This document shows, one piece after another, positions 27,784-36,748 of a DNA stretch of 64,000 nucleotides. The notes beneath the pieces are model-generated. The model had not been told where the DNA came from, ran no database searches, and saw only the letters and a program-made list of their open reading frames with translations. The stretch is from a phage. Position 1 is the first letter of the stretch, and each line of letters begins with the position of its first letter. The stretch lies in the sequence record PZ452598.1; one strand, 5' to 3'. Position numbers and translations under genes: made by a program.

Positions 27784-28245
27784 TCATTGAGTTTTAATTA
27801 CTGCTTTAGAAGCCTTTCCTGGTAAACGACGACTGTTGATAATTGCCATCCTACATTGAAGTGACGGGTCTTTGAACTTCTCGTTAGGTTTACAAACTGT
27901 AAATCCAAGCCAAAGATTTCCATCTGTGATTTCTAAACGTCCAGGACGATATTCAACCCCATCAATAAAATCCTCGTCAATGTCAGGACGCGGAGGCATA
28001 CTCAGGAATTCATTAACTTCTAAAACATGGTCTTTTATTTTATGGAATAATTCAAAAACGTATGTCTCATCAATCTCCCGTTGAATTGCGCGATCAAGAA
28101 GATGTTGAGAATATTTTAGATGAAACGATGAGACTCCTGCTGCTTTTGATGCCTCACGAATCTCATTGTTAATTTGACGAAACTCCGACTCAAAGTGACG
28201 ACGAAGCTTATTTCGACGGATAAAAACTTCTGTATTGATAGTCAT
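27784..28245 (-). CDS. regB: endoribonuclease RegB (153 aa)
   Basis: 153-aa ORF MTINTEVFIRRNKLRRHFESEF...; size/position match T4 regB. Confidence 0.75.
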   Translation of the reverse strand: MTINTEVFIRRNKLRRHFESEFRQINNEIREASKAAGVSSFHLKYSQHLLDRAIQREIDETYVFELFHKIKDHVLEVNEFLSMPPRPDIDEDFIDGVEYRPGRLEITDGNLWLGFTVCKPNEKFKDPSLQCRMAIINSRRLPGKASKAVIKTQ

Positions 28246-28270
28246 GTTATTCTCCTCTTAACTGATAGAA

Positions 28271-28305
28271 AAATTATACCACAGTCAAGAGGAAAAGTAA
28301 ACAGT
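28271..28305 (-). promoter_or_regulatory. early promoter GTTTAC-N18-TATAAT upstream of regB
   Basis: plus 28298-28303 gtaaac, 28273-28278 attata with TGTGG extended -10. Confidence 0.55.
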
Positions 28306-28625
28306 TATTCTTTAAATCTAATCAATTTATTCATAGACTTTGAAACTTCGGCACGAACCTCATGTAGATTTTTGAGCTGTTCAAGACGCTGCGTATAGTA
28401 AGCAATTTCATCTTCTTCGAGACAGTCCTGCGAATCTTCTTTAAGATAACGTGCATAGTCCTGGAAAGCGTTACGGACTACTTCCTGGAAGTCATCAAGA
28501 CTTTGAATTTTCTTAGGAGCAACAGATACACGACGAGGGGCAGTATAATACTCATAACCAAACCCTGCGCTTAATTGAGCCATTAGTATTTTTCCTCTGG
28601 TTGGAACACTGCACGACAAGCCCAC
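28305..28625 (-). CDS. hypothetical protein (106 aa)
   Basis: ORF. Confidence 0.45.
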   Translation of the reverse strand: MGLSCSVPTRGKILMAQLSAGFGYEYYTAPRRVSVAPKKIQSLDDFQEVVRNAFQDYARYLKEDSQDCLEEDEIAYYTQRLEQLKNLHEVRAEVSKSMNKLIRFKE

Positions 28626-28885
28626 ATACTGGCTTCTTTGAGTTTCGTTTTAGCAATAGTTAACTGATCGAGACTTTCAGCATAATTCTTCGCGAATTCA
28701 CAGTCTTCGCAATTATCTAGTGCTTCCCAGAATTCATCATATAAAGCATCAAAGATAAGTCCTAAACGAACTTCAGCGTCTTTAATAGCATTTACTTTAC
28801 CGATTTTCTCTTCAGTATGTGGTTTATAACCCTTAATATCTTCAATCATATTTGACTTCCTCACCAGTACATAAATCGTATTCAA
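28583..28885 (-). CDS. hypothetical small protein (100 aa or 88 aa from MIEDIKGY); positional vs.4, candidate cyclic-oligonucleotide sponge Acb2
   Basis: position in regB-denV small-gene block; identity not verifiable by eye. Confidence 0.4.
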   Translation of the reverse strand: MNTIYVLVRKSNMIEDIKGYKPHTEEKIGKVNAIKDAEVRLGLIFDALYDEFWEALDNCEDCEFAKNYAESLDQLTIAKTKLKEASMWACRAVFQPEEKY

Positions 28886-29063
28886 CTAAACGAATAGGTT
28901 CATGAATGCCATAGCCTTGAACAGAAATTTCTGTCGTAGGATAAATTCCATCAATATCACCCATATTCCACGCTTCATTAAATTGCTGTTCGCCTGAGTT
29001 ACTAAACCACTCGGCGAAAGCATTTAGCACATCTTCAGAACCTTCAATAATTATCTTTGCCAT
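28842..29063 (-). CDS. hypothetical acidic protein (73 aa)
   Basis: ORF. Confidence 0.45.
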   Translation of the reverse strand: MAKIIIEGSEDVLNAFAEWFSNSGEQQFNEAWNMGDIDGIYPTTEISVQGYGIHEPIRLVEYDLCTGEEVKYD

Positions 29064-29425
29064 TACAAACTTTCAGTAAAGGTACGAGCGATAACGTCGC
29101 GCTGCTGTTCCGGAGTCAGAGAGTTAAAGCGAACTGCATAACCGGATACACGGATGGTCAGCTGCGGATATTTTTCCGGATGCTTAACTGCATCTTCCAG
29201 AGTTTCACGACGCAGAACGTTAACGTTCAGGTGTTGACCACCTTCAATTTTAACTGTAGGTTGTGGCTCAATTTCAATTTCACGGGCATGCAAACCATAG
29301 AAAATTTCTGGGTCTACAAAAGAGTCCTCTTTAAAGGTTTTAGAGACAATAATTCGTGCTTGAATACCATCTTCAAAATAAATAGTACCTTTATGTGTGC
29401 CTTCAAGAATTTGATATGCTTTCAT
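29063..29425 (-). CDS. glycyl-radical cofactor protein (GrcA/YfiD-like, 120 aa)
   Basis: C-terminal RVSGYAVRF glycyl-radical signature and [10 protein letters not shown] block as in pyruvate formate-lyase C-terminus/GrcA. Confidence 0.75.
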   Translation of the reverse strand: MKAYQILEGTHKGTIYFEDGIQARIIVSKTFKEDSFVDPEIFYGLHAREIEIEPQPTVKIEGGQHLNVNVLRRETLEDAVKHPEKYPQLTIRVSGYAVRFNSLTPEQQRDVIARTFTESL

Positions 29426-29432
29426 ATAAACC

Positions 29433-29762
29433 TCAATTAGAAAATAAATTTATCCAAGATTGTTCTTTAATTAAAAATGGCTCAGAATCATATGCCATTA
29501 AACTTTGCGTAATTAATCCTTTAAAAGGTCCATCAATAAATTCCATGGTAAAATATGGAATTTTATTCATTAGCCGTGCATTAGGAGCAGTGCACAAAAC
29601 TCTGCATCCTTTGAATACGCCTTTTTGTAATTTGTATTGCTTGGGATAAAATTCGCTCAAAATGTTATTTTTTGCCAAAATTTCAAAATGATTCACCAAT
29701 TTATTTTTAATAGTTTTTGGCGAAAAATAAAGATATTCGAAAAGCTGAGTGTCTGTCATCAT
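29433..29762 (-). CDS. hypothetical protein (109 aa from MMTDTQLF)
   Basis: ORF; start overlaps stop of upstream P-loop gene. Confidence 0.4.
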   Translation of the reverse strand: MMTDTQLFEYLYFSPKTIKNKLVNHFEILAKNNILSEFYPKQYKLQKGVFKGCRVLCTAPNARLMNKIPYFTMEFIDGPFKGLITQSLMAYDSEPFLIKEQSWINLFSN

Positions 29763-30409
29763 TGCATTCCGATTACGAAAAACTGTGGACGAGTAATACC
29801 ACCAATGCAACATTTACTATTACAGCAGTAGTGTACGGTGTCAATATGGACACTATAAATCTTATCCATATCAGGAGATTTGACAGGCTCATCAATTATA
29901 TACAAAATTCGCGAAAGCTTTAAACCTCTGAACTTGCTTCCTTTATTACCAATAAAACTGCGTACAGAATCAGTAAATAAACGAAAACGTATATCATCAT
30001 TAGAATAACGCGAAAATTCCTTTTTGATGTTATTTGCAGAAATTTTAGCATAAGCTGAAGTATTAGAAAGAACAATAACTGTTCCGCCATCATACAACCA
30101 ATTAGCAGCAAAGTTAGTCACAGCAATTGATTTACCGGATTGACGTCCACCATCTAGTCGAAGTGTACAATACTGTTTAAGTAAGTCTTCAAATGGCGGG
30201 ATATATTCGTTTTTACAAATTTCTTCTACTCTAGCATCAGAATGGTGTGTAAAAGCATTCATCAGGGATAGATAAGGACCAGTTAAAAATGTTCTCATTT
30301 CTTCTCTATAAGTTTGGGCCATTCCGTGGCGCATGAATTGTCCATTTCTGTATTTACCCATTACCGCGCTTGGGCTCGACCTTATTACAGGTTGGCGGGA
30401 ATCCCTCAT
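29759..30409 (-). CDS. P-loop NTPase-like protein (up to 216 aa)
   Basis: Walker A GGRQSGKS and Walker B-like ILYIIDEP. Confidence 0.5.
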   Translation of the reverse strand: MRDSRQPVIRSSPSAVMGKYRNGQFMRHGMAQTYREEMRTFLTGPYLSLMNAFTHHSDARVEEICKNEYIPPFEDLLKQYCTLRLDGGRQSGKSIAVTNFAANWLYDGGTVIVLSNTSAYAKISANNIKKEFSRYSNDDIRFRLFTDSVRSFIGNKGSKFRGLKLSRILYIIDEPVKSPDMDKIYSVHIDTVHYCCNSKCCIGGITRPQFFVIGMQ

Positions 30410-30435
30410 ATAATCATGAGGTCCAGGTTGTTCCC

Positions 30436-30852
30436 TTATGCATAAATCGCCTTACCGTAGTATTTGTACCAAGTAGGACGTTGTGCAATTTTTTCATCTA
30501 AACGAGCTTGTGATATAGCAATAGAAGCTTCATGGGGAATATAATCACCACGGAATTCCTGAGGAATATCACTAATATCCTGGACTGTAGTATCCTTGAT
30601 ATTAAAACCACGTTTTAAACATTCAGCTATAAGCTCAATTTGACGTTTACGTAAGAACTCGAGCTTATCGTAAAAGAATGTAACATGACCTGCGCCAAGG
30701 ATAAAAGTAGGACTGATTTTAAAATCACGAACACGTTTACCGTTAGCAACATGCTTACGAACTGCACCAAAAACACGCGGCAATTCACGATATTCAGCCA
30801 TTAAGTGTTGGTCAGCCAATTCAGATACTAAAGTAAGGTTGATACGAGTCAT
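30436..30852 (-). CDS. denV: endonuclease V, pyrimidine-dimer DNA glycosylase (138 aa)
   Basis: sequence [34 protein letters not shown]... matches recalled T4 endo V. Confidence 0.9.
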
Positions 30853-30880
30853 TTTAGTGTTCTCCTGTAGTTGATAGGTC

Positions 30881-30912
30881 TATAGTATCATACCTACAGG
30901 AGATGTAAACTG
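30881..30912 (-). promoter_or_regulatory. early promoter GTTTAC-N17-TACTAT upstream of denV
   Basis: plus 30905-30910 gtaaac, 30883-30888 atagta; flanked by inverted repeat CCTGTAG/CTACAGG. Confidence 0.5.
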
Positions 30913-31215
30913 TTATTTATCTTTAATTGCTTTAGCTGCTTCGATAGCCGCTTGCTGAAGGTCATCCATAGACATGCCGAACTTAGAAGCAAAGTTATCA
31001 ATTTTCTTTTCGACGGCATTCAAAGGCTTGGCCTGTTTACCTTCATTAGCGCCAGGAAGAGCGAGAATACGCTCTCTGTCAATATAAAGGCTTACAAGTT
31101 TCTTACGGTCTTTATCGGGCAAATCATGAAATGAATGGGCCTTTTTATTTACAGCGGCTTCTAATTTACCTGCGCCCACTCGCGCTTCGGCAATAAATTC
31201 TTGATATGTTTTCAT
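30913..31215 (-). CDS. ipII: internal protein II (100 aa) with capsid-targeting N-terminus
   Basis: N-terminal MKTYQEFIAEA shared with ipIII; basic/Ala-rich. Confidence 0.8.
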   Translation of the reverse strand: MKTYQEFIAEARVGAGKLEAAVNKKAHSFHDLPDKDRKKLVSLYIDRERILALPGANEGKQAKPLNAVEKKIDNFASKFGMSMDDLQQAAIEAAKAIKDK

Positions 31216-31252
31216 ATGTTTCCTTTAAATGTAAATATTTTTATTATTCTAT

Positions 31253-31297
31253 CCTAGAATTGTGATAATATATTCACAATTCTAGGAGTTGTAAACT
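31253..31297 (-). promoter_or_regulatory. early promoter upstream of ipII with perfect 12-bp inverted repeat CTAGAATTGTGA-N8-TCACAATTCTAG around the -10
   Basis: plus 31290-31295 gtaaac; palindrome 31253-31284. Confidence 0.5.
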
Positions 31298-31330
31298 GCT
31301 TTTATTTAAGCGTCCCAAGTATAAGCTTTA

Positions 31331-31912
31331 TTAAGAATTACCACGGGCTGCATTAGCAACGGCGTAAGCGTACTGAATATTAGCGTCTTTAAACTTACCT
31401 TTAGAGGTATCTATTTCTGCCTTAAAGCCGCCTTTAGTCATAACATCGGCAAATTCTTTACGGAAAGCCATTGCATCAAGACCTTTCCATGATGATTTAT
31501 GCTTGGCAAATTCAAGACCTGCGAAGTTGACAGCTTTAGCCAATTTATTATCAATGACCCATTTACCGGCTTTAGGCACAAACTTCGGGCCTTTCTGTTT
31601 AGAGAACAGTTTTAAATTCCAGCGGCGAAGGTCTGCATCAGCTTTAACAAATTCTGAGTCTAAGTTACTAGCAACAACATCTTCAATATGAGCAAATTTA
31701 AGTCCGTCAACTTCAATATTTAAATCGGTACGCCAGCGAAGTCCTTCCCAAGCGAAGGCTTTAAAGTCGGAAGCCTTTGTAGCTAAGTACCGTTCAATAG
31801 GAGCTGTTTTAGGGTCAAAGCCGTTTCCTGATCGGTAGGTCCACTCATCTTTGTTAATGCCTTTGGCCTTTACTACAGAAGCTTCGGCAATAAATTCTTG
31901 ATATGTTTTCAT
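31331..31912 (-). CDS. ipIII: internal protein III (193 aa) with capsid-targeting N-terminus
   Basis: N-terminal MKTYQEFIAEA; size 193 aa. Confidence 0.8.
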   Translation of the reverse strand: MKTYQEFIAEASVVKAKGINKDEWTYRSGNGFDPKTAPIERYLATKASDFKAFAWEGLRWRTDLNIEVDGLKFAHIEDVVASNLDSEFVKADADLRRWNLKLFSKQKGPKFVPKAGKWVIDNKLAKAVNFAGLEFAKHKSSWKGLDAMAFRKEFADVMTKGGFKAEIDTSKGKFKDANIQYAYAVANAARGNS

Positions 31913-31954
31913 ATGTTTCCTTTAAATATTTTAATTAGTAATTGTCTATTCAAG

Positions 31955-31995
31955 TAATTGTGAATATACTATCACAATTCCAAGAGAAAGTAAAC
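31955..31995 (-). promoter_or_regulatory. early promoter upstream of ipIII with 8-bp inverted repeat AATTGTGA-N8-TCACAATT around the -10
   Basis: plus 31990-31995 gtaaac; palindrome 31956-31979. Confidence 0.5.
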
Positions 31996-31999
31996 AGCT

Positions 32000-32968
<969 letters not shown>

Positions 32969-32987
<19 letters not shown>

Positions 32988-33160
32988 TCAGTGATAAAGT
33001 TATTTAAATTTTGAGCATATTTCTTTTCATCAAAAATCTTTTGCTGTCTGCGTAACCGCCATGGCATTTCAATGAACATACGCCATATTCCTGATAATAC
33101 TGCTGCTGTAAAAATATTAACAAGTATAGTTAAAAGAATCCAATCGCCTATTCTGTCCAT
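32969..33160 (-). CDS. small membrane protein (63 aa)
   Basis: N-terminal TM helix WILLTILVNIFTAAVLSGIW then basic tail. Confidence 0.45.
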
Positions 33161-33456
33161 TGGATTTTTATAAAAAAGTAAAATACGAATGATGATATAG
33201 GAAGACTAATGATATACCACAGAAGAACCTTCTTATCTGTGAACCAATCAGCATTCGTTAACTTAGCGCGACCATTTTGAATACACACGAATTTATCATC
33301 TGTTACAGTAAATGGCTTAGCTGCTTGATATCCCATTCTAAACTCCCTAATTAATCGTTTCTTTGTATCTTCGGAACAACCATTCCAATCAACTCTATCA
33401 ACTGGAATGCCATCATCCCCATCATCTAAATCATACCAGCGAGTTTTTAAAATCAT
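33148..33456 (-). CDS. small protein with C-terminal TM helix (102 aa)
   Basis: C-terminal LLWYIISLPISSFVFYFFI. Confidence 0.45.
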   Translation of the reverse strand: MILKTRWYDLDDGDDGIPVDRVDWNGCSEDTKKRLIREFRMGYQAAKPFTVTDDKFVCIQNGRAKLTNADWFTDKKVLLWYIISLPISSFVFYFFIKIQWTE

Positions 33457-33815
33457 TTAATTTTCCTGCAATCAATCACAAACTCTTTCATTGATTCATT
33501 TTCAATATAAGACATGTAGCTATTATATTCTTTTAATTGTATTTTGTAATCCTTTTTTCTTTGCCAATTTATTTTAAAATTATCATAATGAAAATATAAA
33601 ATGATACCAAAGAATGAAAACAATGAAATAATTTTAGTATAACAAAGCTCGCTCCAAACTTCTATTATATCTACTGTACCACTGATTTTTAAAATAAAAC
33701 AGTCAATTAATAGTCCAATAAGACTACCTGTAAGAGCTGCAGCCAACGCCACAGCAAAAATTAAAAATGACTCAGAAAACGAATATTTGACTTTATTTAG
33801 CTTTGGCTTTTGCAT
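33453..33815 (-). CDS. two-TM membrane protein (120 aa)
   Basis: two hydrophobic helices then basic tail; paralog-like to next ORF. Confidence 0.5.
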   Translation of the reverse strand: MQKPKLNKVKYSFSESFLIFAVALAAALTGSLIGLLIDCFILKISGTVDIIEVWSELCYTKIISLFSFFGIILYFHYDNFKINWQRKKDYKIQLKEYNSYMSYIENESMKEFVIDCRKIK

Positions 33816-34210
33816 CGTGATTCCTTAACAAATTTCATAATTTCATTAAATTCATACTCAGCAAGTTTAAGCTGGTGTTCCTTTTTAATCTTTTTGCACT
33901 GGGCTTTCCAATCACGTACGCGTTTACGATAATGTCTTCCTTGATACCAGTATCCTATCCAATTTACGGGTACTAATAAAAATGGAACTACCAATGGAAG
34001 AGTTAGCATTAACATAATTATTACGCCAGAATCAATATCAGTCATAACATCTAAAACACCTCCAATAATCAATAGAATTACAAATGATATAGCTATCACA
34101 GGACCTATTAATACATCAGTAGAAATTATCTGGCGCTTTAATTCATACTTCAAAGGTTTACTTGGAAGGTATAGTGATGGCTTTGACATATTCTCTACAT
34201 TCCTTAACAA
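33797..34210 (-). CDS. two-TM membrane protein (137 aa)
   Basis: two hydrophobic helices then basic tail WYQGRHYRKRVRDWKAQCKK. Confidence 0.5.
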   Translation of the reverse strand: MLRNVENMSKPSLYLPSKPLKYELKRQIISTDVLIGPVIAISFVILLIIGGVLDVMTDIDSGVIIMLMLTLPLVVPFLLVPVNWIGYWYQGRHYRKRVRDWKAQCKKIKKEHQLKLAEYEFNEIMKFVKESRCKSQS

Positions 34211-34766
34211 ATTTTTCTAGTAATAAATCACTTTCAAAATTAGGATTTTCCACTAATTTATCAAAAAGATCATCAACAATATTCAAGATATTTCTTTTAC
34301 TAAGAATACGTTTATTTTCATGCTTCGTTTCAGAATCAACTATAAGAGTAAAGAAATATTTCTTTCCCTGAAATTTTACCGTAGTATCAATATAAAATAA
34401 ATTTGACTTTTGTAAATTACGTTTAAACCATGCGTCACTTAAACTATAAACACCGAGATAATCAAAATCGTCGTTTAAATAACAAACTGACCATTCAGGA
34501 GAAATGAAATCAGTAAATTCAACATCAAAATCACATGTCAATGAATGAATTGATTCAATACTGTTAATAAGTATTCCAGGACGTATTAAAGACTTTTTAC
34601 CTCTGGAAAATCTTCCAGAAAGACTTTCATCAGTTTCATATGAAGAACCCCAATAATAATTACGTCCTTTTGCCATATGTTTAAGAGCATTTAGTAATTG
34701 GTCTGGAACATCAACGTGTCTTTGGAACTCTTCAAACATTGAATTGAAATCACTTTGCATTTTCAT
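34158..34766 (-). CDS. hypothetical protein (202 aa)
   Basis: ORF. Confidence 0.5.
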   Translation of the reverse strand: MKMQSDFNSMFEEFQRHVDVPDQLLNALKHMAKGRNYYWGSSYETDESLSGRFSRGKKSLIRPGILINSIESIHSLTCDFDVEFTDFISPEWSVCYLNDDFDYLGVYSLSDAWFKRNLQKSNLFYIDTTVKFQGKKYFFTLIVDSETKHENKRILSKRNILNIVDDLFDKLVENPNFESDLLLEKFVKECREYVKAITIPSK

Positions 34767-34787
34767 TCCTATTTACTCCAAGTAATA

Positions 34788-34802
34788 GGGGGCCGAAGCC
34801 CC
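34788..34802 (-). other. C(UUCG)G RNA hairpin
   Basis: plus gggggccgaagcccc. Confidence 0.45.
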
Positions 34803-34808
34803 TTATCA

Positions 34809-35402
34809 TTATTTCAGAGAATTAATATATTCCTGAACATCGGCAGAGGTAGTTTCAACCCCAGAAATATTACCATTAAAGGTTTCAACTCGAGCAAGAG
34901 TATCTTCAATATCAACCTTAGTCAGTGCTGCAATTTCAACTACATCATCAGCAGTACTAATTCCAAGGGCATTTGCTGCACGAGTTTCACGGATATATTC
35001 CAATTTAACTGCAAGTTCTTGGCGAGCATCATCTAACTCAACTACTTTCTTGGCGATTTCAATTCGCATTTCAGCATAACCATCAGCTTTAGTAGTCAGC
35101 TGTTCAGCTGTTCGACGATATAGCAAGCCGAGTTTAGCATGCATTGTTACATCTTGACCTTCGGAAAGAAGCTTGCGAATTTCACGCTCTTTTGATTCGG
35201 CCTGTTTATTCTTTTCAACAATAAGTTCACGAATACGTTTTTCTTCATTAATAGATTTAACAGAAGCAGTTTTTAGGTCTTTAATTTTATCAAGTAGTTT
35301 TGCTGCTGCAGCAGTATACTGTTCTTCAACAGATAGATTTTTAGCCATTGCAGAACCAAGTTTAGTGCGAATAAACTCAACAATTTTCTTCAGTGTGTTC
35401 AT
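34809..35402 (-). CDS. coiled-coil protein (197 aa), possibly PspA/IM30-like
   Basis: predominantly helical heptad-rich sequence with charged residues; family assignment tentative. Confidence 0.45.
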
Positions 35403-35464
35403 AGTATTTCCTTAGGTTGGTATAATTAGATAATATAATATCACGTTTCTAATAGATTGTAAAC

Positions 35465-35800
35465 TTATTCTTCGTCTAGCTCGTCGATAAAGGCGTTGAT
35501 GGCCTCGATAATGGCATCATTGATAGCCAATAAAATAAAATCATCGTCAGTACCTTTAGAAGATTCTAAAGCATTGATATATGCTTGGTTGACGAGTTCC
35601 CAAGCCTTTTTAAAATAAGGAGCTTCATCATCAGGACAAATATCCCGCACGCCTTCAAAGATACGTTTGGCATAATCTAACACCCATTGTACAGGCATGT
35701 TTTGAGAACGTTCGTTAAACTCTTTAAAGTCCTTAGATTCAAAAAGCTCTTCAGGATAATTATTTCTATTACAAAAAGCTTTACTAAAGTTACGTTTCAT
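35465..35800 (-). CDS. hypothetical acidic protein (111 aa)
   Basis: ORF downstream of early promoter at 35821-35860. Confidence 0.45.
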   Translation of the reverse strand: MKRNFSKAFCNRNNYPEELFESKDFKEFNERSQNMPVQWVLDYAKRIFEGVRDICPDDEAPYFKKAWELVNQAYINALESSKGTDDDFILLAINDAIIEAINAFIDELDEE

Positions 35801-35856
35801 AATGTTTTCCTCATTTGTATAGGCTCATAATATCTCAATCATGAGCCTATGTAAAC

Positions 35857-36120
35857 TTATTTCATATTATTGAAATATTCTTCTGCGATTTCGTCGTTAT
35901 CATGGTAAACTTTAGAAGACAGTTTAACATAACTTTCAGCAGTGAACATGTTAATCACAACCTTTACAGTATACCACTGACCGTCTTCATTACCCATTAC
36001 TGCGTAAGTTTCAAACATCGGATGGTCAGGACCGATAACTTTAATATCATTCACCGTACGACCGAAATCTTCTGAAACACATTTCATAAAGAAGTTGAAA
36101 AGTTCACCGTAATTATCCAT
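35857..36120 (-). CDS. hypothetical protein (87 aa from MDNYGELF)
   Basis: ORF; GGAGA SD 7 nt upstream of this Met; track extension covers promoter. Confidence 0.45.
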   Translation of the reverse strand: MDNYGELFNFFMKCVSEDFGRTVNDIKVIGPDHPMFETYAVMGNEDGQWYTVKVVINMFTAESYVKLSSKVYHDNDEIAEEYFNNMK

Positions 36121-36161
36121 TTTATTCTCCAAGTTATTTTCTGTATCAGTAGTTGATAGTT

Positions 36162-36195
36162 GTATAGTACCATGGAAGAACAAGGATGTAAACAG
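36162..36195 (-). promoter_or_regulatory. early promoter GTTTAC-N18-TACTAT with conserved leader
   Basis: plus 36188-36193 gtaaac, 36164-36169 atagta. Confidence 0.5.
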
Positions 36196-36310
36196 TTTTG
36201 TGAAAAAATTTTTAAAAAGTTTTAGGGAATTCTAGGGCGGAGAGGGGCAATTAAAAGATAGGATAATATATTATAAAGGGTATAAACTAAATGATGCCTA
36301 GAGAGGTCTG

Positions 36311-36344
36311 GAAAGGCTTAGATACCAAAAAGCCCCAACCTTTC
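36311..36344 (-). terminator. intrinsic terminator at 3' end of tRNA/stable-RNA transcription unit
   Basis: minus-strand hairpin AGCCCCGACC-GAAA-GGUUGGGGCU followed by UUUUUGG. Confidence 0.6.
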
Positions 36345-36389
36345 GGTCGGGGCTAAGCCTTGCGGCAACCTTGTCGGGGTTCCACCTGC

Positions 36390-36548
36390 CAAGGCAAGTG
36401 TTTGTACGAAACGCCGGGATTCGAACCCGGTTATTAAGTAGTTGACGCTACTCAATATTTTTAAAAGGCCATATCTCAACCATATCCGAACGTTCCGTCA
36501 AAAACGCTACTCGGCTTACGGCAAAGATATTTCCTCGAATCGATAATT
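36390..36548 (-). ncRNA. candidate small stable RNA with tRNA-like 3' domain (approximate bounds)
   Basis: T-arm-like CCGGGUUCGAAUCCCGG on minus strand at 36412-36430; no ORF; position downstream of tRNA-Arg as for T4 stable RNAs C/D. Confidence 0.4.
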
Positions 36549-36668
36549 TGGTGCGCCGTTTCTGCTGTGATGTAAGAGGGCATCAATAAACGCAAAGATT
36601 ATTAACGCAATTCCTTACTCAGGGAACATCAGTCCGACGACTTACCGGTAGCGACCCGGTTTCTCATT
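36549..36668 (-). ncRNA. candidate small stable RNA ending ...CGGCGCACCA (approximate 5' bound)
   Basis: abuts tRNA-Arg; 3' end resembles CCA-terminated acceptor; no ORF. Confidence 0.4.
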
Positions 36669-36743
36669 TGGTATCCCGCCCTGGGATCGAACCAGGACCG
36701 CAAACTTAGAAGGATCGTATGCTATCCATTACACCAGCGGGAC
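36669..36743 (-). tRNA. tRNA-Arg (anticodon UCU), CCA encoded
   Basis: manual fold: acceptor GTCCCGC/GCGGGAT, T-arm CCTGG-TTCGATC-CCAGG, anticodon loop CTTCTAA. Confidence 0.8.
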
Positions 36744-36748
36744 GTAAT

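Noticed and set aside
31253-31284. TGTGA-N8-TCACA palindromes in ipII/ipIII promoters as host CRP binding sites
   Set aside because: CRP sites have 6-bp spacing between TGTGA and TCACA; here spacing is 8 bp, and the ipI and denV promoters have the same architecture with unrelated arm sequences.
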